Part shown: piece by piece, positions 38,803-48,555 of the stretch
Layout of the letters: each line of letters begins with the position of its first letter
Position numbering within the stretch: position 1 is the first letter of the stretch
From: Pyrodictiaceae archaeon
Lineage (GTDB): Archaea; Thermoproteota; Thermoprotei_A; Sulfolobales; Pyrodictiaceae
Assembly: GCA_027036135.1 (NCBI GenBank)
Contig: JALVSY010000016.1
Location: 320,001 to 384,000 of the forward strand
Direction of reading: 5' to 3'
DNA: 64,000 nt
Notes under the pieces: generated by a model
Databases searched by the model: none
Told to the model about the DNA's origin: nothing
The model's input: the letters and a program-made list of their open reading frames with translations, nothing else
Program-made: the position numbers and the translations under genes

Positions 38803-38899
38803 TTTAGCCAGATAACAAGGGATTAGAGAGAATAGGATATTATTTTTTAACTAAGGATTTACTATATTAAGTATTTTCTATAAAAAAAAATATGAGATT

Positions 38900-40111
38900 T
38901 TATTTAAATATATAGAGATGTCTTGGTTTTTCATCGGCTCCCAGCGGTAATGCAAGTATGCCGGCTAGTAGTAGCATAGGCCACTCGATGAACGCGCCAG
39001 CCAATATTAATACTTCCGAGGTGGCAGGGTGGTAATGCATTACATTGTGGGCTGCTAGGAATCCTGAGCCTATCAGTGTCATAAATCCCTCGGAATGCAG
39101 CCTAGCCAACTGGCCCAGTATTAGCAAATCGTATTTACTAGTGAAGCCAGCTATCAGTAATGCTATGCTCGCAACGATTGCAGCTGTAATGCTTCTTTTC
39201 TCTAAGGCTACTATTGAAGCGATAACAGGTACTATAAGGCCTATTACTACCTCTATACCCCAGAATATTGGTGCATGTGCTCCCCATAATAATTCTTTGT
39301 AATAATTCCATGTAGGTTTGTGATACCATGCTGCAACTATGTCCCAGAACATGAATAGCCAGAAGATTGGTAGAATTGTTAAGTACATTTTGCCTGCTAG
39401 GGAGGAATAGTAATCTTTGCGTTCTCTTAGCGTTCCTTTAAACCCCCTCACGATTGTTATGAATAGCCATTGGCCAGCCGCCCCTAATAGTACAGCGCTT
39501 GCCAAGAAGAATGCAACTAGGTGGGAACCGTACCATGCAGGCACTGAGACTAGTGAACCAAAGGCTTGGCTAAGATTACTGTCCAAGGCAATAGCTGATA
39601 CGAGGACTGCTATTGCTATTGCTAACTCTGCTTTCTTAATATTCTTAATAGTATCGATATCTGTCCTCCTAATAAGGTAGACAAGTTCTACTAGCAGCGT
39701 TATTGCCAAGAGCGTGTATAATACTAAATTCCACGCTATTCTTGATACGTCGTGGAATCCCCGTATGAGCCAGATTCCATGCTCCGGGTTAATTAAGTCA
39801 AGGAGTATTAATGTCCATGCAGGTACCAGGGATATTAAGGAAAAGTAGGTACTATACTTAATATCCTCTCTAAGCGTATTCGAGGAGCCCTTGTACCCAT
39901 ATATGGTAAAAATGCTATCGATAATGCTTGCCCCTACAGCTATTGAGGCGAAGAATACATAGCCGGGTACCAGTATCCCCCAAGGCATTGCTGATATATC
40001 TAGGCTCTCCTTAGCTGGAAGCCCTAATTTGATGCCATAGCCTAATAGCGCTAATGAGACTACTAAGAGAACTATAAATGCGATGAAGGCTCTAATACTC
40101 ATAGCACACAC
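38900..40111 (-). CDS. NrfD/PsrC-family membrane anchor subunit
   Basis: PWGILVPGYVFF, LLDLINPE, SRIAWN, VPAWYG, KYDLLILGQ, about 10 TM segments. Confidence 0.9.
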   Translation of the reverse strand: MCAMSIRAFIAFIVLLVVSLALLGYGIKLGLPAKESLDISAMPWGILVPGYVFFASIAVGASIIDSIFTIYGYKGSSNTLREDIKYSTYFSLISLVPAWTLILLDLINPEHGIWLIRGFHDVSRIAWNLVLYTLLAITLLVELVYLIRRTDIDTIKNIKKAELAIAIAVLVSAIALDSNLSQAFGSLVSVPAWYGSHLVAFFLASAVLLGAAGQWLFITIVRGFKGTLRERKDYYSSLAGKMYLTILPIFWLFMFWDIVAAWYHKPTWNYYKELLWGAHAPIFWGIEVVIGLIVPVIASIVALEKRSITAAIVASIALLIAGFTSKYDLLILGQLARLHSEGFMTLIGSGFLAAHNVMHYHPATSEVLILAGAFIEWPMLLLAGILALPLGADEKPRHLYIFK

Positions 40112-40128
40112 CCCATGAACGAGGCTTG

Positions 40129-40770
40129 TTACTTGTTAGGAAGTATGTAGAAAAACTTAGGCTTTGTACCAAGATCTTCACGTAATCGGACAGCATTACC
40201 GTTCCTGATTATCCTTGAGACCTCGCTATTCGGGTCATCTAAGTCACCGAAAATTCTAGCGCCAAAGGCGCATGCCTCGACACATGCTGGAACCCATCCC
40301 TCCGGGCTATTCTTGCGGTGGTAACAGAACGTACACTTATCGGGATATCTTGGAACAAGCCCATAGGGATTAGGTGGCGGAGAGCTAAGTCTGCCGAGAT
40401 ACATTGTCCTAACTCCATAAGGGCATGCGATCATGCATGCACGACAACCAATACATTTATTCCTATCGACTAGAACTACGCCATCCTTTGTTTTGAAGCT
40501 TGCACCAGTAGGACAAGCGGCGACGCATGGAGGGTTCTCGCATTGCTGGCACTGTATAAAGAATGGGGTATTACTTGGAAAGCCTAAGACTCTTACACTA
40601 CCCTCGAGGGGGAAATCAATTGGCCTTGTCCTAGCATATTGGAATATATGGTCGGGCATTTCTACGCCGTTCTTTTTCTGTCTAGCAATATTCTCACGTA
40701 TACATGCGATGGTGCATGCGTAGCATCCAACACACTTATTTAGATCTATAACCATAGCCATCCGAGCCAT
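40129..40770 (-). CDS. 4x[4Fe-4S] electron-transfer subunit (PsrB/SreB/DmsB type)
   Basis: CVGCYACTIAC, CQQCENPPCVAACP, CIGCRACMIACP, KCTFC...PACVEAC, GTKP. Confidence 0.95.
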   Translation of the reverse strand: MARMAMVIDLNKCVGCYACTIACIRENIARQKKNGVEMPDHIFQYARTRPIDFPLEGSVRVLGFPSNTPFFIQCQQCENPPCVAACPTGASFKTKDGVVLVDRNKCIGCRACMIACPYGVRTMYLGRLSSPPPNPYGLVPRYPDKCTFCYHRKNSPEGWVPACVEACAFGARIFGDLDDPNSEVSRIIRNGNAVRLREDLGTKPKFFYILPNK

Positions 40771-40788
40771 TTATCTCACCTCCCTTGA

Positions 40789-43329
40789 TCAAGTCTTTAG
40801 TTTCTCAACACTAACCACTACATCGCATTGATTCGCTCTTCCTCCTTCCTCCAAAGAAACGGTATCGAAGGATGCAAGCATGTTGGTGTTGGTTCCGTAG
40901 CCTCCTCCCCAAGAGAACAGCTTTACTTCATAAGTCCCTCCATTAATGGACTCTATCGTGAGCTTGATTCGGCGTCCTGGATTAGTTGCGTGCGCGCCTA
41001 GGATTACTAGAGGATGTACTGTACTCGTCAGTCTTGCTTTGGCTATGATTTCTCCTCCAGGCCCTTGTATACGAACAAGGTCCCCATCCTTGATGCCGAG
41101 TTTACGTGCTCTATCTTTGTGTATGAGTACGCCGTCGAACTTCCTCCAGTTCAGTGATGAAACAACTAGTCTAGAGAATCTTATCCACATATTTGCAGCG
41201 GTCATCTGATCCATTGTATCAACAGCAATGAACTCGTTTGCTGAGAGCTTTTGTTTTGTCATCATCCAGCGCGGTGGTATCCAAACTGGAAGCGGGTTCA
41301 TTAAGGAACTCTTACCTATATAATCTTTAAATTCTTGTAGTGCCTTAACGCTGATAAGCTCTATTTCCCCTGTTACTGATGGCAGGTATTTGCCTTTCAG
41401 CGGATGGTATATCGGCTTGCTGCGAAGAATAACAATACCCTTATCTAGCAACTCCTTGGGATTTATGCCAAGTAGCTGTGCCTGCTTAATCCAGATACTT
41501 CTTGGGTCCTCTAATGCCTCGTACTTAGAGGCATTGGCGGGATCGATTCTCTTCCCTATCTCTGCTATTATCCACCAGCCTGGCTTTGCATCAATACCTG
41601 GCGGTGGATCAATTACTTTCTCTAGAATACCTATTTCGCCTATATCCACCTTGCTTGGTGTATACAAGGTTATTGAGTCTTGCTCAAAGGGCATGGTTAT
41701 CGGCAATACTAGGTCTGCCCACGGCGTTGTCTCGTTATGTGCAACATCTATTACAACCACGAATTCAGCGTTCTTTAGAGCCTCTATTGCCTTACTAGAT
41801 CCTTGTGAATGCGCAACAACGTTCTCATTAAATATTATGACCATTTTATACTTCTTCGGCTTGCCCTCTAGGAGAGACTTTAGCGCTAGGTGGCTAAAGC
41901 ATTTGGGCTGTACTAGCTTAACAACTCCTTGATCAAGCCAATACTTATATAACGGTTCTCCCTGCGGCCCGTGTCCCTTTATTCCCAGTATCTTGAAAGG
42001 CGATGGAATCTTGGGCTTATATGGCCAAGCTATTCCGCCTTTAGCTCCTATCGCCCCTATAAGCGCGTTAATTATGTGTTTTACTCTGAAGAACATTGCC
42101 TCATTATAGTATCTAGCAGCTTTGTAACCAGTATCTATAAAGGCCCTTGGTGCCTGGTTAGCTAGTCTTTTCGCAACATACTCTATCTCACTTGCAGGTA
42201 CCCCTGTTATGCCTTCAGCCCATTGAGGAGTATATTGTTTTACTTGGTCCCAGAGAAGGGAAAGAACAGTCTTAACTGGCCTGCCATTATACTCGCCCTC
42301 CCACATAAGGGCTGGCTCTGTAGCTGTGGTCTTCCATGTGATCTTTCCGGTTCCTTCATCGTATACTAGGTAGTCTTTTTTACCCTTCCAGGATGGGTGG
42401 TCTCTAAGACCAACAGGCTCTATGGTATCAGTATATATTAGCATAGGTGCATTAGTGTACTTTACAAGGTACTCGCTATTGTAGAGCTTATCCCTAAGGA
42501 TTACATGTATGATTGCTAGTCCTATCGCCAGGTCAGTTCCAGGAGGAATTATGTAGTATCTATGAGCTAGTGATGTTAGTCTTGTCTCTCTAACATCAAA
42601 TACTATTATTTCGAGACCATCTTCCTTTCCTACGCTGAATGATTTCGTCCATGGGGTTGCAACTATGCCCTCAACAGGGTTTCTACCCATAAATACTACT
42701 AGCTTGGCGTGCTCGTAATCTGGCCTAAACGCGCCGGGGCCCATTAGTTTCCCGAATACAAACCAAGAAGATATATCGAGCCCGGTATGACATGTATCAC
42801 AGTGCTCGGTTACATTAGGTGTTCCAACGATACTCTTCATAAACTCCTTGAATAATCCAGCCTCTGTACCCTTGTGCGCAAAAACTATTATCTCGTCGGG
42901 GCGGTACTCTTTGAGCTTCTTAACTAATAGAGCTAGAGCTTCCTCCCAAGTGATCTCACGGAATTTTCCCTCGCCGCGTTTCCCTACTCTTATTAGGGGT
43001 TTACGTATTCTCTCCGGTACAAATCGCATCTCAAAGAGCGTTTGTGGCCTACCACAAGTAGCAAAATAATCGTCGTAGCCAGGTATAGTATTATGGACTA
43101 TTTTTACTATCCTATAGCCATCTACGTATACCTTTAGGGGGCATTTTTGCCCACATATATAGCACATAGTTTTCTTGACAGTGATGTTGCTCGAAGTCTT
43201 TCTGAGTTGTTCGAGCCTTAGTATTTTCTTAGGTTTTTTCTTGTAAAGCGGCACGAGTTCTGCAAGCGCTGCAGCGCTTGCAGCAGCCGCACTAAGCTTG
43301 AGGAATTCTCGGCGTGAGTATTTCGTCAA
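40789..43329 (-). CDS. Tat-exported Mo/W-bisPGD oxidoreductase catalytic subunit (Psr/Phs/Sre clade)
   Basis: Twin-Arg SRREFLK, CYICGQKC...C FS0 motif, ERIRKPL, HCDTCH putative Cys ligand, PGTDLA, WADLVLP, LGIKDGD. Confidence 0.9.
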   Translation of the reverse strand: MTKYSRREFLKLSAAAASAAALAELVPLYKKKPKKILRLEQLRKTSSNITVKKTMCYICGQKCPLKVYVDGYRIVKIVHNTIPGYDDYFATCGRPQTLFEMRFVPERIRKPLIRVGKRGEGKFREITWEEALALLVKKLKEYRPDEIIVFAHKGTEAGLFKEFMKSIVGTPNVTEHCDTCHTGLDISSWFVFGKLMGPGAFRPDYEHAKLVVFMGRNPVEGIVATPWTKSFSVGKEDGLEIIVFDVRETRLTSLAHRYYIIPPGTDLAIGLAIIHVILRDKLYNSEYLVKYTNAPMLIYTDTIEPVGLRDHPSWKGKKDYLVYDEGTGKITWKTTATEPALMWEGEYNGRPVKTVLSLLWDQVKQYTPQWAEGITGVPASEIEYVAKRLANQAPRAFIDTGYKAARYYNEAMFFRVKHIINALIGAIGAKGGIAWPYKPKIPSPFKILGIKGHGPQGEPLYKYWLDQGVVKLVQPKCFSHLALKSLLEGKPKKYKMVIIFNENVVAHSQGSSKAIEALKNAEFVVVIDVAHNETTPWADLVLPITMPFEQDSITLYTPSKVDIGEIGILEKVIDPPPGIDAKPGWWIIAEIGKRIDPANASKYEALEDPRSIWIKQAQLLGINPKELLDKGIVILRSKPIYHPLKGKYLPSVTGEIELISVKALQEFKDYIGKSSLMNPLPVWIPPRWMMTKQKLSANEFIAVDTMDQMTAANMWIRFSRLVVSSLNWRKFDGVLIHKDRARKLGIKDGDLVRIQGPGGEIIAKARLTSTVHPLVILGAHATNPGRRIKLTIESINGGTYEVKLFSWGGGYGTNTNMLASFDTVSLEEGGRANQCDVVVSVEKLKT

Positions 43330-43386
43330 GTCTTTATCTCCATATCTTATGTCTAATTATTGGAGTATTTAAAGACTAATTTGGAT

Positions 43387-43444
43387 ATATTCGAATATTT
43401 TGTGAGTAATTTATTATGTGGTGATTTTTATATGATATATCATA
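43387..43444. promoter_or_regulatory. Two perfect palindromes in AT-rich divergent promoter region
   Basis: ATATTCGAATAT (43387-43398) and TATGATATATCATA (43431-43444). Confidence 0.4.
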
Positions 43445-43504
43445 AATAGTATTAAGAGTTCTCGTCCCTTCTATCACTTATTGGGGCTTGGTGCAAGAAG
43501 AGCT

Positions 43505-44903
43505 ATGTTTAGGATAATTGTTCGTGCAGGTAAGGATGCAGCTGCTGTGCATGCGGCCCTAGAGAGGTTTTACCAGGGCTGGGGCATAGATGTAGATACT
43601 CTGCGTGGTGCTCGCAGCGTAGATGATATGCTTACCCGTATCTGGGAGTTCTTCGACAAAGACCCCCATAGGTTAATGATTCTTCTCCTAGGACGCGAGG
43701 ATGCAAGCAAACTCCACGGGATCGAGGAGAAGGCTCCTCCAACGCTCTTTGCGCATGTTGTTCCACGTAGCAAGGTTAGGAATGCGCGACTAGAGCTAAT
43801 CGCGGCAGAGATAGCAAGGGCTCGGGCCAAGATAAGGCTGCGCACAGCATGGGATGGGGGGGCGGAGGGTCTTTGTCTTTACTGGGCGCGGCGAGCCCTT
43901 AGAGAGACTTAGCTATGAGCCTAGCTTCGAAGCCTTCATAGGCATTGGTGCTTTCCCGCGCCTAGTCGAATTGCTTAGCGGTGGGCGTATCGGTGAGAAC
44001 CCCCTAGTACTCCGTACTCATGGAGGCCTCCACCTCGTCTATAACGGACCCAGTGTGCGCGCCGAGCTCGAGATAAGCGACACTGGGCTCGCGCCAAGGG
44101 CCCGGATACTAGGCGGAGAAGCCGTAGACGTGAGCCTTAACTCACTTATCGAGGCTAACCGCGGCTATATCGATATCCTCGAAGAGGCCTCGGCCCAGTT
44201 CCTTAGAAGCCTTGGCGAATTCGACACGGTCATAGTGCCGTGGAGTGGTGGAAAGGATAGCACAGCCGCGCTATTATTAGCTATCAAGATCTATGGAGCG
44301 GAGAAGGTTACTGCGCTCTATGTGGACACGGGCACAGAGTTCCCGGTCACGAGGCACTATGTGCGCCAAGTCGCGGACAAGCTAGGCATAAGGCTCGTAG
44401 AAGCCTATGCTGGCCTAGACAAGGCGCTGAGAAACGGGATGCCCCTACCAAGCCACAATAACCGATGGTGTACAGGTCTCAAAATAGAGACCATTGAGCG
44501 CAAAGTGCGCGAACTAGCACGGGGACGAGCACTCCTAGTAATAGGCGATAGAGACGCAGAGTCGCCTAGGCGGAGCAATAGGCCACCAATACGCCAAGGC
44601 CCAGCAAGCAATGTCCTAGCCGTGGCCCCCCTCAAGCTATGGAGCGCGGCCCATATACAGCTATACATCCTATCAAAAGGCCTACCTCTTAACCCCATGT
44701 ATCTAGCAGGCTTCTATCGCATAGGTTGCTACATGTGCCCAGCTCTACGTAGCTGGGAGATACTATCTCTCAGCACTGATAAGAAGACGTACATAAGGCT
44801 ACTCAAGAGCCCCATTTTCCGCTCATTCATATCCCATAGGCTAAGGAGGCACTACAAGACACCCCTAGAAGAGGAATGCCCACTGGAAGGTATGTGCTCG
44901 TAG
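43505..44903 (+). pseudogene. PAPS-reductase-family PP-loop protein split by +1 frameshift in G7 run (ORFs 43481-43912 and 43854-44903)
   Basis: G run at 43856-43862. Deleting one G joins ...RTAWDGG to RRVFVFTG..., giving about 465 aa with WSGGKDS, DTGTEFP, RWCT, RIGCYMCP. Confidence 0.75.
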
Positions 44904-44957
44904 ATCCAGGAAAGAAAATAGCCCAGGGAAGCAGGCTAAGAAACCTAGGTAATGGTG

Positions 44958-45026
44958 GTGCTGATAATCCCTGTTACTCGGAGCCCCTGAGGGGCGGGGG
45001 GCTGTGAAGACTTCAGCGGCGACTGA
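44958..45026 (+). ncRNA. Box C/D guide sRNA candidate
   Basis: GTGCTGA(C)-TAATCCCTGTTACT-CGGA(D')-GC-rich hairpin-GTGAAGA(C')-CTTCAGCGGCGA-CTGA(D). Confidence 0.55.
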
Positions 45027-45154
45027 GAATCATTCTATACCATGATAGCAGGGCTATAGTTTCGGGCCACCCAGCGGCCAAGGCCTTATGAGAGGCTCTG
45101 CACCAGAGTACGCTTAGAGGAGGAAGCTCCTGCACCTCTCTTAGTCCGTTTGGA

Positions 45155-47371
45155 GTGGGTAACGAGATGAGCACAGAGTACGCTGACATGCCTAGAGGAG
45201 TTGTGGATGTCCTTAGGCTGCTTGGTATAAGGGAGCTTTTCCCTGTCCAAGAGAAGGCTATCAAGGCTGGTCTCCTTGATGGTACTAGTGTCGTGGTTTC
45301 GTCTCCTACGGGTTCTGGTAAGAGCCTCGTAGCCCTCATGGCTGCTGCTAATACCTTGTCTCGCCTACCTGGTTGCCGTGTTGTATACGCGGCTCCTCTG
45401 CGCAGCCTCGTCTACGAGAGGGCTTCTGAGTGGCGCCGGGTCCTTGGTTCCCTGGGGTACCGTGTCGCGGTCTCAACGGGGGACTATGACAGGGTTGAGC
45501 CCTGGCTGGGCGAAGCCGACGCTGTCATGGTTACTTACGAGAAGCTTGACTCATTGATAAGGCATGGGGCTCCATGGCTTCGGCGCGTATGCTTACTTGT
45601 TGTTGACGAGATTCACTACGTCGGGGATGCTAAGCGCGGCCCTGTCCTCGAGACAGTTATAGCTAGGATGATGAGGCTTAACAAAGAGATGCAAGTAGTT
45701 GCTCTCAGCGCTACCATAGTCAATGCAGAGGAGATAGCGGAGTGGCTTGGAGCACGCCTCGTTAGGAGCGAGTGGAGGCCGGTCCCGCTGAGAGAAGGCG
45801 TGCTCCACGGCGCGACCATTTACTGGGGGGATGGCGAGGAGCAGCGTGTGGAGAAGCTATCCCGGAACCCGAGCATAGATGCCGCCTTGGATGCTGTTTC
45901 TCGGGGAGGCCAGGCGATAGTATTTACGCAGTCTAGGCGGAAGACGCTAGAACTCGCGGAGAAGCTACTAGCCTACCTAAGGCGCGATAGTCGCGCCAAG
46001 AGGCTCATGGTTCCTGGCAACGTGGAGGAGTATGTGGAGGAGCTGCGTTCACGTAGCGAGCACTTAGAGCTAAACACGAAACTAGCGGAACTGTTGCAAA
46101 ACGGGCTGGGGATACACCACGCGGGGCTAGCTAGTTATCAGAGAGACGTGGTGGAGAGAGCGTTCCGGTCACGCGTGATAAAGGTGATATTCGCTACTCC
46201 GACGCTGGCTGCGGGCGTTAACCTACCTGCTCGCAGAGTCGTTGTTGATAGTCTTTACCGCTATGGCGGGGGAGGCTCTAAGCCAATAACAGTCATGGAG
46301 TACAAGCAGCTAGCTGGTAGAGCGGGTAGACCAGGCCTGGACGAGCACGGAGAAGCAGTCATTGTTGCTCGTAGCTCGGAGCAGGCATGGAGCTTCCTAT
46401 TCAAGTATGTTCGTGGCACACCGGAGCCCATAGAGTCGAAGCTGGCATCAGAGGCTTCTCTACGCTCCCAGCTCCTAGCAGTAATCGCGGGTCTAGGGGA
46501 GGCTAGTGAGGAGGAGATAATAGGTGTCTTCGAGGAAACCCTCTACGCTAAACAGTTCGGCAATCCGCGTCATGCTGTTGAGCGTGTATTGTTGCAGCTA
46601 GAGGACTACGGGTTCGTAGAGGAGCCAAGCACCAGTATCTACCGAGCAACGCGTATTGGTAGAAGAGTCACGGAGCTATACATAGACCCGCTAACAGCTT
46701 ACCGAATGATAAGAGGTTTGAGGAGAATAACTAGCCCCGAGACAATGCTCCCAGAGCTACTAACGCTTATCCTATGGAGCCCTGACGCAGTCCACCTACG
46801 CCCGCCTAGGAGCCTACACCTAGAGCTAGAAGCAGAGGCCGAGGATATACTAAACATGCTCGGCTTCGAGTACCCCCAAGACTACACAGAGATGGATGTA
46901 GCGATAGCCGCTAAGGCTCTCTACACTGCGCAGGCCCTCATAGACTGGGTCAACGAGGTACCCGAGGACACAATACTAGCAAAGTACGGCGTCGACCCGG
47001 GAGACCTCAGAGCAGTCGTTGAGACAAGTGCCTGGCTAGCCTACTCAGCATCGCAACTAGCACTACTAGACAACAACCCGTCAGCAAGCTTCCTGCAAGA
47101 CTTATCAGAGATGATAAAGCATGGTGTGAAGAGAGAGCTACTAGAGCTCGTAAAGCTACCAGGCATAGGCAGGGTAAGAGCACGCCTCCTCTATGAGCAC
47201 GGCTATACGAGCCCAGAGCAGCTGGCAGGGCTCACGCCCGAGCAACTAGCAGCAATGCTCAAGGGGCTCGGTGAGAAAAGAGCGAGAGAGGTAATAGAGA
47301 AGGCTAGGGCAGAGCCTCGTAAGCCTAGGAGGAGAGGCGACATCTTTAGCTACCTAGGGGGCAGTGGGTAA
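45155..47371 (+). CDS. hel308: Ski2-like DNA helicase Hel308/Hjm
   Basis: SPTGSGKS, TYEKLDS, DEIH, LSAT, HHAGL, TPTLAAGVNLPA, QLAGRAGRPG, HhH LPGIGRVRAR. Confidence 0.95.
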   Translation: MGNEMSTEYADMPRGVVDVLRLLGIRELFPVQEKAIKAGLLDGTSVVVSSPTGSGKSLVALMAAANTLSRLPGCRVVYAAPLRSLVYERASEWRRVLGSLGYRVAVSTGDYDRVEPWLGEADAVMVTYEKLDSLIRHGAPWLRRVCLLVVDEIHYVGDAKRGPVLETVIARMMRLNKEMQVVALSATIVNAEEIAEWLGARLVRSEWRPVPLREGVLHGATIYWGDGEEQRVEKLSRNPSIDAALDAVSRGGQAIVFTQSRRKTLELAEKLLAYLRRDSRAKRLMVPGNVEEYVEELRSRSEHLELNTKLAELLQNGLGIHHAGLASYQRDVVERAFRSRVIKVIFATPTLAAGVNLPARRVVVDSLYRYGGGGSKPITVMEYKQLAGRAGRPGLDEHGEAVIVARSSEQAWSFLFKYVRGTPEPIESKLASEASLRSQLLAVIAGLGEASEEEIIGVFEETLYAKQFGNPRHAVERVLLQLEDYGFVEEPSTSIYRATRIGRRVTELYIDPLTAYRMIRGLRRITSPETMLPELLTLILWSPDAVHLRPPRSLHLELEAEAEDILNMLGFEYPQDYTEMDVAIAAKALYTAQALIDWVNEVPEDTILAKYGVDPGDLRAVVETSAWLAYSASQLALLDNNPSASFLQDLSEMIKHGVKRELLELVKLPGIGRVRARLLYEHGYTSPEQLAGLTPEQLAAMLKGLGEKRAREVIEKARAEPRKPRRRGDIFSYLGGSG

Positions 47372-47436
47372 GCAGGAGACACGGAGGCTTCTCGTAACAC
47401 AGGTTTATGAAGGGCCTTGTTTCACCTTATTTATTT

Positions 47437-47507
47437 AGGGCTATGAAGTGACCGCCAGTGACCGAGGCCCAGGAATCGATGACGATAGCTTCGCCGACCC
47501 GAGCCCT
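47437..47507 (+). ncRNA. Box C/D guide sRNA candidate
   Basis: AGGGCT-ATGAAGT(C)-GACCGCCAGTGA-CCGA(D')-13 nt-ATGACGA(C')-TAGCTTCGCCGAC-CCGA(D)-GCCCT, with terminal stem AGGGCT/AGCCCT. Confidence 0.6.
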
Positions 47508-47537
47508 CCCTATGCTTTGAGCGAGGAGGAGCAATAG

Positions 47538-48500
47538 TTGGTTAGGGAGGATCTTGTCTTCGGCCCAGTTTACTCTAGGCGCCTTGGCTTATCGCTCGGC
47601 GTCAACAATATACCGTACAAGTACTGTAGCTACACTTGTATCTACTGCCAGCTCGGCAGAACGATCAAGCTAACCATTGACAGAAAACCCTTTAGCAATC
47701 CAGGAGAAATAGTAGCTGCCGTTGAGGCCAAACTGGCTGAAATAGATAGGTTTGATTATGTTAGTTTCGTGCCTGATGGAGAACCGACCCTTGACGCAAT
47801 GCTTGGCAAGGACATAGAGTTGCTGAAGAGCAGGCTAGGTGTACGCGTAGCCGTATTAAGCAACGCTTCTCTTCTATGGATTAGGGATGTCCGCGAGGAT
47901 CTTAGTGGAGCTGACGTGGTCTCTGTAAAAATAGATGCCGGTGACCCGGAGACGTGGAGGAGAATAGATAGGCCTCACCCCGCGCTCCGCTTCGACAAGG
48001 TAGTTGAGGGAATTCTTCTCTTCCGGGATGAGTATGGGGGCCGGTTGATAACCGAGACGATGCTCGTTAAGGGAGTGAATGACAGCCTTGATGTCCTCGA
48101 GGAAACGGCTAGGCTAATTGCCGAGGTGAGGCCGGCTAAGGCATACATAATGGTGCCTGTTAGGCCGCCGGCAGAGCCCTGGGTTAAGCCAGCGAGTGCA
48201 GAGGCCCTGGTAGCGTTATACAACATGCTTCGGAGCAGGGGCGTTGATGCCGAGATACTGGGTAAGCCAGAGCCGCCTCCCCCGCCGCCTAGCGAGGACC
48301 CGATTCGTTTCGTGGTTGCTACTGTGGCTGTTCATCCTCTCCGAAAGAGCTACGTAGCTAGGCTCTTCGAGGACAAGGGTCTAGACGTTGAGGAGGCTTT
48401 CAGAGTGCTACGTGAGAGATATGGTGTTGAGGAGGCTGTGTTCCAGGGAGAGGTTTTCCTGGTTAGGAGACCCGTTAAGAGCAGAACCAACAAGCAATAG
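47538..48500 (+). CDS. Radical SAM Fe-S oxidoreductase (COG0731-like)
   Basis: FGPVYSRRLGLSLG, CSYTCIYC, DGEPTL, ETMLVKGVND. Confidence 0.92.
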   Translation: MVREDLVFGPVYSRRLGLSLGVNNIPYKYCSYTCIYCQLGRTIKLTIDRKPFSNPGEIVAAVEAKLAEIDRFDYVSFVPDGEPTLDAMLGKDIELLKSRLGVRVAVLSNASLLWIRDVREDLSGADVVSVKIDAGDPETWRRIDRPHPALRFDKVVEGILLFRDEYGGRLITETMLVKGVNDSLDVLEETARLIAEVRPAKAYIMVPVRPPAEPWVKPASAEALVALYNMLRSRGVDAEILGKPEPPPPPPSEDPIRFVVATVAVHPLRKSYVARLFEDKGLDVEEAFRVLRERYGVEEAVFQGEVFLVRRPVKSRTNKQ

Positions 48501-48555
48501 ATTCTAATGAAAAGTTTTTGTAGAAGTGGCTCCTCCATGTCTCTTGGTGAAGAAG

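Noticed and set aside
37357-44903. dnd phosphorothioation system
   Set aside because: No DndD/DndE/DndB or cysteine desulfurase-like genes nearby.
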